The notes beneath the pieces were generated by a model that worked only from the letters and a program-made list of their open reading frames with translations, was not told the DNA's origin and did no database searches. This document shows, in pieces, positions 20,378 through 28,996 of a stretch of DNA of 39,151 nt. Location of the stretch: sequence record SRR20825019_1295; one strand, written 5' to 3'. Made by a program: the position numbers and the translations under genes. The stretch's first letter is position 1, and each line of letters starts with the position of its first letter.

Positions 20378-21021
20378 TGAAAATTAGATCTAAAGAAGCT
20401 TTACAACTTAAGATAGACGAAGATTCAGTTTGGCGAAAAAAAGAGATGTCCTTTCTATATAAGAGGGTGAAAAAATCGAATGATTTAATACTAAAAACAG
20501 AACTTAGAGTTGGAGTAGTTATGCTGTATGCACATTGGGAAGGATTTTTGAAGAATATTTTTGATTATTATTTTAACTATATATCTCATACGGAATCAAC
20601 TTATGAAGAACTTGCTAGTAATTTTCAAGTTATAGAAATTGAAAGAATATTGCTTAATTCAGATAAAACTCATTACGAAAGATGTCATAAGGCTCTAGAA
20701 TTTATTACAAAGGATCTTTCTAAAAAAGCTTTTTTTAATGAGTCAACTAACACCCAATCAAACTTAAATTTTGATCGCTTAGAATTAATTCTTCATAGAG
20801 CAGGATTTAATTCAAAAGAATTCAACCTTAAACAAAAATTAATAGATGAAAAACTTTTAGCTAATAGAAACACAATTGCTCACGGCAACTATTCTCAAAT
20901 TGGATTGAAAGATTTTGAATTACTGTACGAAGAAATAATGTCGATTATGGAAAAAATTAAAGTACATATCCTCAATTCTGTTATTTTAAAATCATACTCC
21001 GCAAAGGTTCTCAATAAATAA
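20374..21021 (+). CDS. HEPN domain protein (RiboL-PSP-HEPN / MAE_28990-like)
   Basis: LYAHWEGF and RNTIAHG (R-X4-H); overlaps the DUF262 stop codon. Confidence 0.82.
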   Translation: MMKIRSKEALQLKIDEDSVWRKKEMSFLYKRVKKSNDLILKTELRVGVVMLYAHWEGFLKNIFDYYFNYISHTESTYEELASNFQVIEIERILLNSDKTHYERCHKALEFITKDLSKKAFFNESTNTQSNLNFDRLELILHRAGFNSKEFNLKQKLIDEKLLANRNTIAHGNYSQIGLKDFELLYEEIMSIMEKIKVHILNSVILKSYSAKVLNK

Positions 21022-21035
21022 TAATTTGCACACTT

Positions 21036-21053
21036 AACTAACGTTTGTTAGTT
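21036..21053. promoter_or_regulatory. Putative TetR (PaaR) operator 2
   Basis: AACTAAC-gttt-GTTAGTT upstream of paaE, same arms as operator 1; overlaps TAGTTTTG (21049-21056). Confidence 0.75.
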
Positions 21054-21098
21054 TTGGAATAATAATTGAACATAAAGACATATAATTTACACCTCTAA

Positions 21099-22172
21099 AT
21101 GGCTAAATTTCATAATATAAGAGTTAAGGACATCTATAAAGAAACTGACGATTGTTCGGTGATTACTTTTGATGTTCCTGAAGACCTACACAATGCCTTC
21201 AACTTTTCTCAAGGTCAACACCTTACATTAAAAGCTATTATAAATGGCGAAGACACAAGAAGATCATATAGTTTATGTTCTAGCCCAATAGATAAAGAAT
21301 GGAAAGTAGCTGTAAAGAAAATTCACGGCGGTAAATTCTCTACATATGTAAATGATACCCTAAAATCTGGCGATATGCTAGAAATTATGGAACCAAGTGG
21401 CACATTTGGTGTAGACATAGATAACTCAAAACGCAAAAACTATTTAGTATTTGCAGCAGGAAGTGGTATTACTCCTATCCTATCTATGATGAAAACACAT
21501 TTAGCACTAGAGCCTGAAAGTACATTCAAGCTATTCTATTTGAATAAGAATGCAAAATCTATTATCTTTAAGGAAGAGATAGAACAGCTTAGAAATCAAT
21601 ATTTTGGACGTTTAAACATTTTTTATTTTCTAACAAGAGAACAACGAGATATTGAATTATTTAACGGCAGGTTTACACCAGAGAAAATTCAACAAATAAC
21701 ACACACCTTTGTAGATATTCAAGATACTAATGAAGTATTTATATGTGGTCCTGAAGATATGATTTTTATGATCCAGGATGAGTTAGTGAAAGCCGGCTTA
21801 CCAAAAGAATTAGTGCATTATGAATTGTTTGTCACAGGATTAAGTGATGAAGACAAAGCAAGAGCAGAACGTCTTGCACAACAAAGTGTTGAAGGAAAAG
21901 AAATTACTATTGTAGATGGTGGAAAAGAATTTCACTTTACAATGACTAAAGATTACGACAACATTCTCGATGCAGCACTTGGCGCAGGTGCAGATTTACC
22001 TTTCGCCTGTAAAGGTGGTGTTTGTAGCACGTGTAAATGTGAGGTAAAAGAAGGAAGTGTCGAGATGAAGATAAATTATGCATTAGATGATAAGGAAGTA
22101 TCTCAAAATTTAGTGCTTAGCTGCCAAGCTGTTCCAACAAGTGATAAAGTAACTGTCGATTTCGACGTATAA
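21099..22172 (+). CDS. paaE: Phenylacetyl-CoA epoxidase reductase subunit
   Basis: RRSYSLCS, AAGSGITP, ICGP, C-terminal 2Fe-2S motif CKGGVCSTC...LSCQ. Confidence 0.92.
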   Translation: MAKFHNIRVKDIYKETDDCSVITFDVPEDLHNAFNFSQGQHLTLKAIINGEDTRRSYSLCSSPIDKEWKVAVKKIHGGKFSTYVNDTLKSGDMLEIMEPSGTFGVDIDNSKRKNYLVFAAGSGITPILSMMKTHLALEPESTFKLFYLNKNAKSIIFKEEIEQLRNQYFGRLNIFYFLTREQRDIELFNGRFTPEKIQQITHTFVDIQDTNEVFICGPEDMIFMIQDELVKAGLPKELVHYELFVTGLSDEDKARAERLAQQSVEGKEITIVDGGKEFHFTMTKDYDNILDAALGAGADLPFACKGGVCSTCKCEVKEGSVEMKINYALDDKEVSQNLVLSCQAVPTSDKVTVDFDV

Positions 22173-22182
22173 ATAAAATATT

Positions 22183-23139
22183 ATGAGCAACGCAGAAATA
22201 AAGAATTTAGAAGACATCTTTGAGCAACGCATTGCCAATGATGAAAAAATTGAACCAAAAGATTGGATGCCAGAAAAGTATCGAAAGACACACATTAGGC
22301 AAATGTCTCAGCACGCACATTCTGAAATCGTTGGAATGCTTCCTGAAGGTAATTGGATTTCACGTGCACCTTCATTAAGACGCAAAGTTGCGTTATTAGC
22401 AAAAGTGCAAGATGAAGCTGGTCACGGCTTATACTTATACAGCGCTTGTGAAACTTTAGGTGTGTCTAGAGAAGAATTATACCGTCAACTACATTCTGGT
22501 GAAGCAAAATATTCTTCAATCTTCAACTATCCAACATTAACTTGGGCAGATATGGGTGCGATTGGCTGGTTGGTTGATGGCGCAGCGATTATTAATCAAG
22601 TGCCATTGTGTAACACATCATATGGACCATATGCAAGAGCAATGGTGCGCGTGTGTAAAGAGGAAAGCTTTCACCAACGCCAAGGATATGAAATCATGCT
22701 TTCACTTTGTAATGGAACTCCAGAACAAAAAGAAATGGCGCAAGATGCATTGAACAGATGGTGGTGGCCAAGCTTGATGATGTTAGGCCCAACAGATGAT
22801 GCTTCAGTACATACAGAACAATCTATGAAATGGAAGCTGAAACGTAAAACCAACGATGAACTACGTCAGCAATTTATTGATCAAACCGTTCCTCAAGCAG
22901 ATATTTTAGGACTAACTATTCCAGACCCAGATTTAAAATTTAATGAAGAGACAGGAAGCTATGACTTTGGAGAGATAGATTGGGATGAATTCTGGCAAGT
23001 TGTAAAAGGTCACGGTCCTTGTAATAAAGAACGCATGAACGCCAGAGTTAATGCTTGGAATGAAGGCGAATGGGTGCGCGATGCAGCTGTTGCCTATGCA
23101 GAAAAACAAGAAAATAAAAAAGTAGCGAAAGCAAGTTAA
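22183..23139 (+). CDS. paaA: Phenylacetyl-CoA epoxidase subunit A
   Basis: [30 protein letters not shown]. Confidence 0.96.
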   Translation: MSNAEIKNLEDIFEQRIANDEKIEPKDWMPEKYRKTHIRQMSQHAHSEIVGMLPEGNWISRAPSLRRKVALLAKVQDEAGHGLYLYSACETLGVSREELYRQLHSGEAKYSSIFNYPTLTWADMGAIGWLVDGAAIINQVPLCNTSYGPYARAMVRVCKEESFHQRQGYEIMLSLCNGTPEQKEMAQDALNRWWWPSLMMLGPTDDASVHTEQSMKWKLKRKTNDELRQQFIDQTVPQADILGLTIPDPDLKFNEETGSYDFGEIDWDEFWQVVKGHGPCNKERMNARVNAWNEGEWVRDAAVAYAEKQENKKVAKAS

Positions 23140-23142
23140 GAT

Positions 23143-23433
23143 ATGAGCACTAAGAAAAATTGGCCCGTTTGGGAAATCTTCGTGAGAAGTAAAAATGGAT
23201 TAGAACACCGTCACTTTGGAAGCCTTCACGCAGCAGATGCAGAAATGGCTTTAGCGAATGCGCGTGACGTTTACACAAGACGTAGCGAAGGCGTAAGCAT
23301 TTGGGTTGTAAAGAGTCAACACATTACAGCGTCTAACCCAGACAATAATGGTGAGCTATTCGAGCCGGCACAAGACAAAGTGTACCGTCATCCAACATTT
23401 TACGATTTACCAGACGACGTGAAGCATATGTAA
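23143..23433 (+). CDS. paaB: Phenylacetyl-CoA epoxidase subunit B
   Basis: GSLHAADAEMAL.NARDVYTRR.EGVSIWVV, YRHPTFY. Confidence 0.96.
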   Translation: MSTKKNWPVWEIFVRSKNGLEHRHFGSLHAADAEMALANARDVYTRRSEGVSIWVVKSQHITASNPDNNGELFEPAQDKVYRHPTFYDLPDDVKHM

Positions 23434-23441
23434 CACTAGGT

Positions 23442-23467
23442 GTCACCCTGAATTTACTTCAGGGTCT
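23442..23467 (+). repeat. GTCA-tagged palindrome, subfamily B
   Basis: GTCACCCTGAA-tttac-TTCAGGGTCT. Confidence 0.85.
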
Positions 23468-23478
23468 TTTCCAATTTT

Positions 23479-23503
23479 GTCATTCCTGCGTAGGCAGGAA
23501 TCC
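23479..23503 (+). repeat. GTCA-tagged palindrome, subfamily A (full length)
   Basis: GTCATTCCTGC-gtag-GCAGGAATCC. Confidence 0.9.
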
Positions 23504-23533
23504 ACTACTTACTAAATATTTGAACATTCTGAA

Positions 23534-24295
23534 ATGGCTATCAAAAACGACATTTTAATAAATTATATCCTCGGCATCGCCGATAACTCACTCATCCTTG
23601 GGCAACGTCTAGGAACCTTAACTGGTCACGGACCAAGTTTAGAGACAGACATCGCTTGCACTAACATTTCATTAGACTTGTTCGGACAGGTTCGTGGTTA
23701 CTACCAATATGCTGCCGATTTATCTGAAGAGGACAAAACTGAAGATGATTTCGCGTTTCTCAGAAAAGAACGTGATTATAAAAATGTGCTTTTGGTTGAG
23801 CAACCAAACCGAGATTTCGCTTACGTCATCGCAAGACAGTATTTGTTTGATGTTTTCCACATTTTACAAATGCAAGAACTTCAAAATAGTAAAGATGAAA
23901 ACTTAGCAGCAATTGCTAAGAAAGGCATTAAAGAAGTGAACTATCACGTGCGATTTTCTGGAGATTGGATGAAACGTCTAGGCGATGGAACTGAAGAAAG
24001 CCATAATAAAATTCAGGAAGCCGTGAATAATCTTTGGGGTTATACCAATGAATTATTTATGATGACTGAAGCAGATAAAGAAGCTTCGGAAGCTGGTATC
24101 GGTGTAGATGTTTCAAAACTAAAAAACACCTATTACAATCGCGTTGAGAATCTTCTGAAAGAAGCAACTATCGAAACCCCTGAAAGTAAATACTGGCAAA
24201 AAGGTGGCAAAGAAGGTATTCATACAGAACATCTTGGTTATCTATTGAGCGATATGCAGTATATGCAACGCACCTATCCTAATATGAAATGGTGA
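23534..24295 (+). CDS. paaC: Phenylacetyl-CoA epoxidase subunit C
   Basis: LILGQRL, KEVNYH, GDGTEESH, HTEHLGYLL, MQRTYP. Confidence 0.94.
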   Translation: MAIKNDILINYILGIADNSLILGQRLGTLTGHGPSLETDIACTNISLDLFGQVRGYYQYAADLSEEDKTEDDFAFLRKERDYKNVLLVEQPNRDFAYVIARQYLFDVFHILQMQELQNSKDENLAAIAKKGIKEVNYHVRFSGDWMKRLGDGTEESHNKIQEAVNNLWGYTNELFMMTEADKEASEAGIGVDVSKLKNTYYNRVENLLKEATIETPESKYWQKGGKEGIHTEHLGYLLSDMQYMQRTYPNMKW

Positions 24296-24298
24296 TAA

Positions 24299-24321
24299 AT
24301 TCCTGCGAAAGCAGGAATCTC
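24299..24321 (+). repeat. Subfamily A palindrome, tag lost
   Basis: ATTCCTGC-gaaa-GCAGGAATCTC right after the paaC stop. Confidence 0.85.
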
Positions 24322-24344
24322 TAAAGATTCAGAAAATAAGGGCA

Positions 24345-24854
24345 ATGAAAACTCTCACTGAGGAACCTCACATAAACAAAAAACTTATAGACATTTTAGA
24401 GTCGGTTTCCGATCCTGAAGTGCCAGTACTTTCAATTTTAGATTTAGGTGTTGTTCGTTATGCAGATTTTGAAGACGACGGAAAAGTTTCAGTAAAAATC
24501 ACACCAACATATAGCGGTTGTCCAGCAATGGATGTTATTGGTGACGACATTGAAAAAGCATTGACAGAAGCCGGTTACAAATCAAAAGTAAAATTGATTC
24601 TTTCACCAGCTTGGACCACAGATTGGATGAGCGAGAATGGCAAGAGAAAACTCGAAGAGTACGGCATCGCGCCACCAATGGACGCCACAGCAGACAAAGC
24701 TGCTTTACTAGGAAATGCCAAAATCGTAAAATGTACCAATTGTGGAAGTACGAACACACATTTGGTAAGTCAGTTTGGCTCAACGGCTTGCAAAGCAATG
24801 TTTAAATGTGACGATTGCCAAGAGCCGTTCGACTATTTTAAATGTTTAACCTAA
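24345..24854 (+). CDS. paaD: Phenylacetyl-CoA epoxidase subunit D
   Basis: DPEVPVLS, TPTYSGCPAM, AWTTDW, CTNC, FGSTACKA, EPFDYFKC. Confidence 0.94.
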   Translation: MKTLTEEPHINKKLIDILESVSDPEVPVLSILDLGVVRYADFEDDGKVSVKITPTYSGCPAMDVIGDDIEKALTEAGYKSKVKLILSPAWTTDWMSENGKRKLEEYGIAPPMDATADKAALLGNAKIVKCTNCGSTNTHLVSQFGSTACKAMFKCDDCQEPFDYFKCLT

Positions 24855-24876
24855 TTCCTGCGTAGGCAGGAATCTC
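24854..24876 (+). repeat. Subfamily A palindrome, tag lost
   Basis: ATTCCTGC-gtag-GCAGGAATCTC overlapping the paaD stop. Confidence 0.85.
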
Positions 24877-24913
24877 TATGTTAGAAACGAGAACTTTAAA
24901 ATATAAGCTCGCC

Positions 24914-24995
24914 GTCATTCTGAATTCGTTTCAGAATCACATTATACTATTCAAAATTTGAAAAATAAGAGAACCTGAATCAAGTTCAGGTTGAC
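24914..24995. repeat. Inverted doublet of subfamily B palindromes (REPIN-like)
   Basis: GTCATTCTGAAttcgtTTCAGAATC (24914-24938) and reverse copy GTCAACCTGAActtgaTTCAGGTTCT (24995-24970). Confidence 0.85.
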
Positions 24996-25009
24996 AAAAA
25001 AAAAGAAAT

Positions 25010-25795
25010 ATGACCGACCAACCCATAATAAAAACCATAAACGGAAACGTTGCTACACTAAAGCTAAACCGACCAAAAGGTTTTAATAGTTTTAATCGTG
25101 AGATGGCGTTGCTGTTTCAAGATGAACTAAAAGCTTGTGATAAGGATGACAGCATTCGTGCGATTCTTATAACAGGTGAAGGCAAAGCATTTTGTGCTGG
25201 TCAAGACTTGAAGGAAGTTACAACTCCAGAATTAAATCCAGGCTTCAAAAAAATTCTTAAAGAACATTACAATCCAATTATTGAATTGATTCGCAATATT
25301 GAAAAACCAATAGTTTGTGCCGTAAATGGCGTTGCAGCTGGCGCTGGTGCGAACATTGCTTTGGCTTGTGATATTGTTATTGCTTCAGAACACGCTAGTT
25401 TTATACAAGCGTTTAGTAAAATTGGCTTGGTGCCAGATAGCGCTGGAACCTTCTTTTTACCAAGGTTAATCGGCTTTCAAAAAGCTTCAGCATTAATGAT
25501 GTTAGGTGATAAAGTTTCAGCTAAAGAAGCAGATGAACTGGGAATGATATACAAAGTTTTTTCTGCAGAAGACTATTTCTCTGAAGCTGAAAAAACTGCT
25601 CAGACATTATCTAAAATGCCTACCAAAGCATTGGGAATGACAAAGCGTTTGCTCAACCAATCAATGACCAATACACTTACTGAACAACTAGAGTTAGAAG
25701 GCAAGCTACAAATTGAAGCTGCCCAAAGCGAAGATTACGCAGAAGGTGTGGATGCGTTTGTGAATAAGCGCAAACCAGAATTTAAAGGCAGATAA
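25010..25795 (+). CDS. paaG: Ring 1,2-epoxyphenylacetyl-CoA isomerase
   Basis: FCAGQDL, AAGAGANIALACD, QAFSKIGLVPDS. Confidence 0.88.
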   Translation: MTDQPIIKTINGNVATLKLNRPKGFNSFNREMALLFQDELKACDKDDSIRAILITGEGKAFCAGQDLKEVTTPELNPGFKKILKEHYNPIIELIRNIEKPIVCAVNGVAAGAGANIALACDIVIASEHASFIQAFSKIGLVPDSAGTFFLPRLIGFQKASALMMLGDKVSAKEADELGMIYKVFSAEDYFSEAEKTAQTLSKMPTKALGMTKRLLNQSMTNTLTEQLELEGKLQIEAAQSEDYAEGVDAFVNKRKPEFKGR

Positions 25796-25814
25796 ATAAT
25801 AAACTCAAAATGAT

Positions 25815-25872
25815 AAATGTAAAATTATAAAGGCATAGAACTTTGAAATTTTACATTTTAAATTTTACATTT
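25815..25872. repeat. AT-rich period-7 inverted repeat
   Basis: AAATGTAAAATT (25815-25826) is the reverse complement of AATTTTACATTT at 25847-25858 and 25861-25872. Confidence 0.6.
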
Positions 25873-25877
25873 TTAAG

Positions 25878-27041
25878 ATGATAAAGAACGTAGGAATCAT
25901 AGGAGCAGGAACAATGGGAAGTGGTATCGCGCAAGTTGCTGCTACAGCTGATTGTAAAGTCAAACTCTTCGATTTAAGTCAAGAAGCACTCGATAAGGCC
26001 AAAGCAGCTTTAGAGAAAATATTAAATCGGTTAATTGAAAAAGGCCGAATCGATGTTGAAGAAAAGAACCGTATTCAAGATAACATCTCTTATATTTCAG
26101 ATATGAAGAGCTTTTCTGATGCGGATATGACTATTGAAGCCATTGTTGAAAATATCGACATTAAAAAGAAAGTGTTTCAGGAGTTGGAAAGCATTGTTTC
26201 TGAAGATTGTATCATTGCTTCAAACACCTCAAGTTTGTCGATTGCTTCCATTGCGTCATCACTAGATAAACCTGAACGTTGTGTAGGGATTCACTTTTTT
26301 AATCCAGCACCGTTAATGAAATTGGTTGAGGTTATTCCAGCAATACAGACTTCAGAAGCAACGTTGAATACGTCAGTAGACACTATTGAAAGTTGGAAGA
26401 AAGTTGTTGCAGTAGCTAAGGACACACCAGGATTTATTGTCAACCGTGTTGCACGACCATTTTATAGCGAGTCACTCAGACAATATGAAGAAGGCATCGC
26501 CGACTTCGCCACGATTGATTGGGCGATGAAGGAATTTGGAGGCTTTAGAATGGGACCTTTTGAATTAATGGATTTTATAGGAAACGATGTGAATTACACG
26601 GTTACTGAAACTGTTTTTGAAGCATTCTATTATGACCCACGTTACAAGCCAGCGTTCACTCAAAAACGCTTTTCTGAAGCAGGATATTTAGGCAGAAAAT
26701 CAGGTAAAGGCTATTACAATTATTCTGAAGGCGCTACGAAACCAGAGCCTAACAAAGATGCAGCCTTAGGACAAAACATTTTCAATAGAACATTAGTGAT
26801 GCTTATCAATGAAGCTGCTGATGCCTTGTTTTGGAATGTCGCTTCAGCAAAAGATATTGATAATGCGATGACCAAAGGTGTCAACTACCCAAAAGGTTTA
26901 CTCGCTTGGGCAAATGAAAAGGGAATCGATTGGTGTGTTACGGAATTAGACAAATTGTACAATGAGTATCACGAAGACAGGTACCGTTGTTCACCGATGC
27001 TGCGTAGGATGAAGGATTCAGGAAGTAAGTTTGAGGTATAA
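25878..27041 (+). CDS. paaH: 3-hydroxyacyl(adipyl)-CoA dehydrogenase
   Basis: GAGTMGSGIA, SNTSSL, HFFNPAP, PGFIVNR, MGPFEL. Confidence 0.88.
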   Translation: MIKNVGIIGAGTMGSGIAQVAATADCKVKLFDLSQEALDKAKAALEKILNRLIEKGRIDVEEKNRIQDNISYISDMKSFSDADMTIEAIVENIDIKKKVFQELESIVSEDCIIASNTSSLSIASIASSLDKPERCVGIHFFNPAPLMKLVEVIPAIQTSEATLNTSVDTIESWKKVVAVAKDTPGFIVNRVARPFYSESLRQYEEGIADFATIDWAMKEFGGFRMGPFELMDFIGNDVNYTVTETVFEAFYYDPRYKPAFTQKRFSEAGYLGRKSGKGYYNYSEGATKPEPNKDAALGQNIFNRTLVMLINEAADALFWNVASAKDIDNAMTKGVNYPKGLLAWANEKGIDWCVTELDKLYNEYHEDRYRCSPMLRRMKDSGSKFEV

Positions 27042-27043
27042 AA

Positions 27044-27115
27044 AGCCTGGAGCTGTGAGCCTTTAGCTATGAGATAAAAAAGGCATTAGGTATTTGGAAA
27101 TAGGCATTAGTAATG
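27044..27115. repeat. Heptamer arrays upstream of the four-helix-bundle gene
   Basis: AGCCTGG AGCTGTG AGCCTTT AGCTATG (27044-27071); AGGCATT AGGTATT TGGAAAT AGGCATT AGTAATG (27081-27115). Confidence 0.75.
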
Positions 27116-27493
27116 AATAGTGATTACAATTTTAAGTTTGAGGATTTACAAGTTTATCAAAAGGCGATGGACTTTGGAGAAGTCGTTGACAAAATTGTAA
27201 AGGATTTTCCTAAACACGAATTATATACTTTATCATCTCAATTTAGAAGAGCTGCAGATTCCATTGCTTTAAATCTTGCCGAAGGTTATCCAGGTTCAGA
27301 TGCTCAATTTGTGAAACATATTAATCACGCAATTTATAGCGCTAATGAATGTGTGAGTTGTAGCATAAAAGCTATCAGAAGAAATTATATCAGTCATCAA
27401 CAAAATGAAGAAAACAGAAAGTTAATTTCAGAAATGACAAAAATGATGTCTTCGCTTAGAAACAAAATCTTAGAACGAAACAAAAAGTACTAA
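27113..27493 (+). CDS. Four-helix-bundle protein (23S rRNA IVP / bAvd-like)
   Basis: FEDLQVYQKA, FPKHELY.LSSQFRRAADSIALNLAEG. Confidence 0.9.
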   Translation: MNSDYNFKFEDLQVYQKAMDFGEVVDKIVKDFPKHELYTLSSQFRRAADSIALNLAEGYPGSDAQFVKHINHAIYSANECVSCSIKAIRRNYISHQQNEENRKLISEMTKMMSSLRNKILERNKKY

Positions 27494-27504
27494 TCCTTAT
27501 CAAT

Positions 27505-27560
27505 TACTAATACCAAATCCCTATTCCCTAATGCCTATTTCCAAAACCAAAATCCCAAAT
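27505..27560. repeat. Heptamer array downstream of the four-helix-bundle gene, inverted relative to the upstream array
   Basis: TACTAAT ACCAAAT CCCTATT CCCTAAT GCCTATT TCCAAAA CCAAAAT CCCAAAT; 27528-27545 is the exact reverse complement of 27093-27110. Confidence 0.8.
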
Positions 27561-27941
27561 AAAATGCTAAGTCAAGACCACTTCTCAACCTGGCTCGGCA
27601 TAGAAATTATAAGTGTCGAAATAGGTCGCGTTAAGGTTGGAATGACCATTCGCAAAGAAATGCTGAATAGTATGGGAAAAGCACACGGCGGCATTTCATA
27701 CAGTTTAGCCGATACTGCTTTTGGATTTTCAGCAAACACACACGGAAAATATGCAGTAAGTATTGAAACTTCGATTAATCATATCGAAGCACTTGAAGAA
27801 GGCGATTATATTACTGCTGAAGCGGTGACAGATGTTTCAAAGAAAAAAGTAGGGTTCAATATTGTCGAAGTTAAGCGAGGCGACCAACTTGTTGCGCTAT
27901 TTAAAGGCGTTGTGTACAGAACGAGCAAAGATTGGGAATAA
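27531..27941 (+). CDS. paaI: Hotdog-fold acyl-CoA thioesterase
   Basis: MLNSMGKAHGGISYSLADTAFG; paa context. Confidence 0.88.
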   Translation: MPISKTKIPNKMLSQDHFSTWLGIEIISVEIGRVKVGMTIRKEMLNSMGKAHGGISYSLADTAFGFSANTHGKYAVSIETSINHIEALEEGDYITAEAVTDVSKKKVGFNIVEVKRGDQLVALFKGVVYRTSKDWE

Positions 27942-27989
27942 GCATTTAGAAAATTGTATTTTTAAAGGACTAACCATAACCTATTAAAT

Positions 27990-28853
27990 ATGAAATGGAA
28001 AGGTAGAAGAAAAAGTGGCAATCTCGATGACCGTCGTGGTATGAGTACCAAAGGTAAAGTCGCCGCTGGTGGTGGCGTGATTGCTGTTATTGTCATTTTA
28101 CTCCAACTTTTTGGAGGTGAAACAGGTCAGCAAATTGCACCAATTGTTGAGCAAATCAATAATTCCAGAACGACGACTCAGCAAACCACTTCAAGAGAAC
28201 TCACTTCAGCAGAACAAGAAATGGGCGATTTTATGGCGACTGTTTTAGCAGATACAGAAGATGTGTGGAATCAGCTATTTCGTCAAAATAATTTAGGCGA
28301 TTATAAAGAACCACAAATGGTTTTGTTTACCGATGTTGTAAACACGCGTTGCGGAAAAGCAAGTTCAGCTTCTGGACCATTTTATTGTCCTGGCGACCAA
28401 AAAGTCTATATGGATTTAGCGTTCTTCAAAGAACTACGAACACGTTTTGGTGCAAAAGGTGGCGATTTTGCTATTGCATATGTCACGGCTCACGAGATTG
28501 GGCATCACGTTCAAACCTTATTAGGAACATCACGCCAAGTTCAACAAGCAAAACAAGGACGTTCTCAAGCAGATGCCAATAAGTTATCTGTGGCTCAAGA
28601 ACTCCAAGCTGATTTTTACGCAGGACTTTGGGCGCATTACAATAAAAAATATTTGGACGAAGGCGATATCGAAGAAGCATTAAGCGCGGCACAAGCCGTT
28701 GGTGATGATGCCATTCAAAAAAGAACCAGAGGTTATGTTCAGCCAGACAGTTTCACACACGGCACAAGCAGGCAACGTATGGAATGGTTTATGAAAGGTT
28801 TTAGAAGTGGAGATATGAGCCAACACGATACGTTTAAAGCCATTTTAAATTAA
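27990..28853 (+). CDS. Neutral zinc metallopeptidase (YpfJ-like)
   Basis: GPFYCP.D, AHEIGHHVQ (HExxH), ELQAD, SFTHG. Confidence 0.9.
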   Translation: MKWKGRRKSGNLDDRRGMSTKGKVAAGGGVIAVIVILLQLFGGETGQQIAPIVEQINNSRTTTQQTTSRELTSAEQEMGDFMATVLADTEDVWNQLFRQNNLGDYKEPQMVLFTDVVNTRCGKASSASGPFYCPGDQKVYMDLAFFKELRTRFGAKGGDFAIAYVTAHEIGHHVQTLLGTSRQVQQAKQGRSQADANKLSVAQELQADFYAGLWAHYNKKYLDEGDIEEALSAAQAVGDDAIQKRTRGYVQPDSFTHGTSRQRMEWFMKGFRSGDMSQHDTFKAILN

Positions 28854-28863
28854 CATCAAAATT

Positions 28864-28933
28864 TCAGTTCGAGCGGAGTCGATAACAATTAAAACTCCAA
28901 AAGTCAAAACATCTCGACTCCGCTCGATGTGAC
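28864..28933. repeat. Inverted doublet of subfamily C palindromes
   Basis: TCGAGCGGAGTCGA (28869-28882) pairs with TCGACTCCGCTCGA (28914-28927); right copy ends in TGAC. Confidence 0.85.
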
Positions 28934-28958
28934 AAATTAAATTATAATTAATACTGTC

Positions 28959-28994
28959 TTCGATTTCAAATTCGATTTCAGTTTCAAATTCATA
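28959..28994. repeat. Hexamer tract, six TTCRNN units
   Basis: TTCGAT TTCAAA TTCGAT TTCAGT TTCAAA TTCATA immediately before the paaJ ATG. Confidence 0.7.
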
Positions 28995-28996
28995 AA

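Noticed and set aside
23479-24876. Subfamily A hairpins as intrinsic terminators
   Set aside because: No U-tracts, they lie inside an operon and recur near-identically; an mRNA-stability role remains possible.
27113-27493. Diversity-generating retroelement
   Set aside because: Avd-like protein only; no reverse transcriptase or TR/VR pair in the window.
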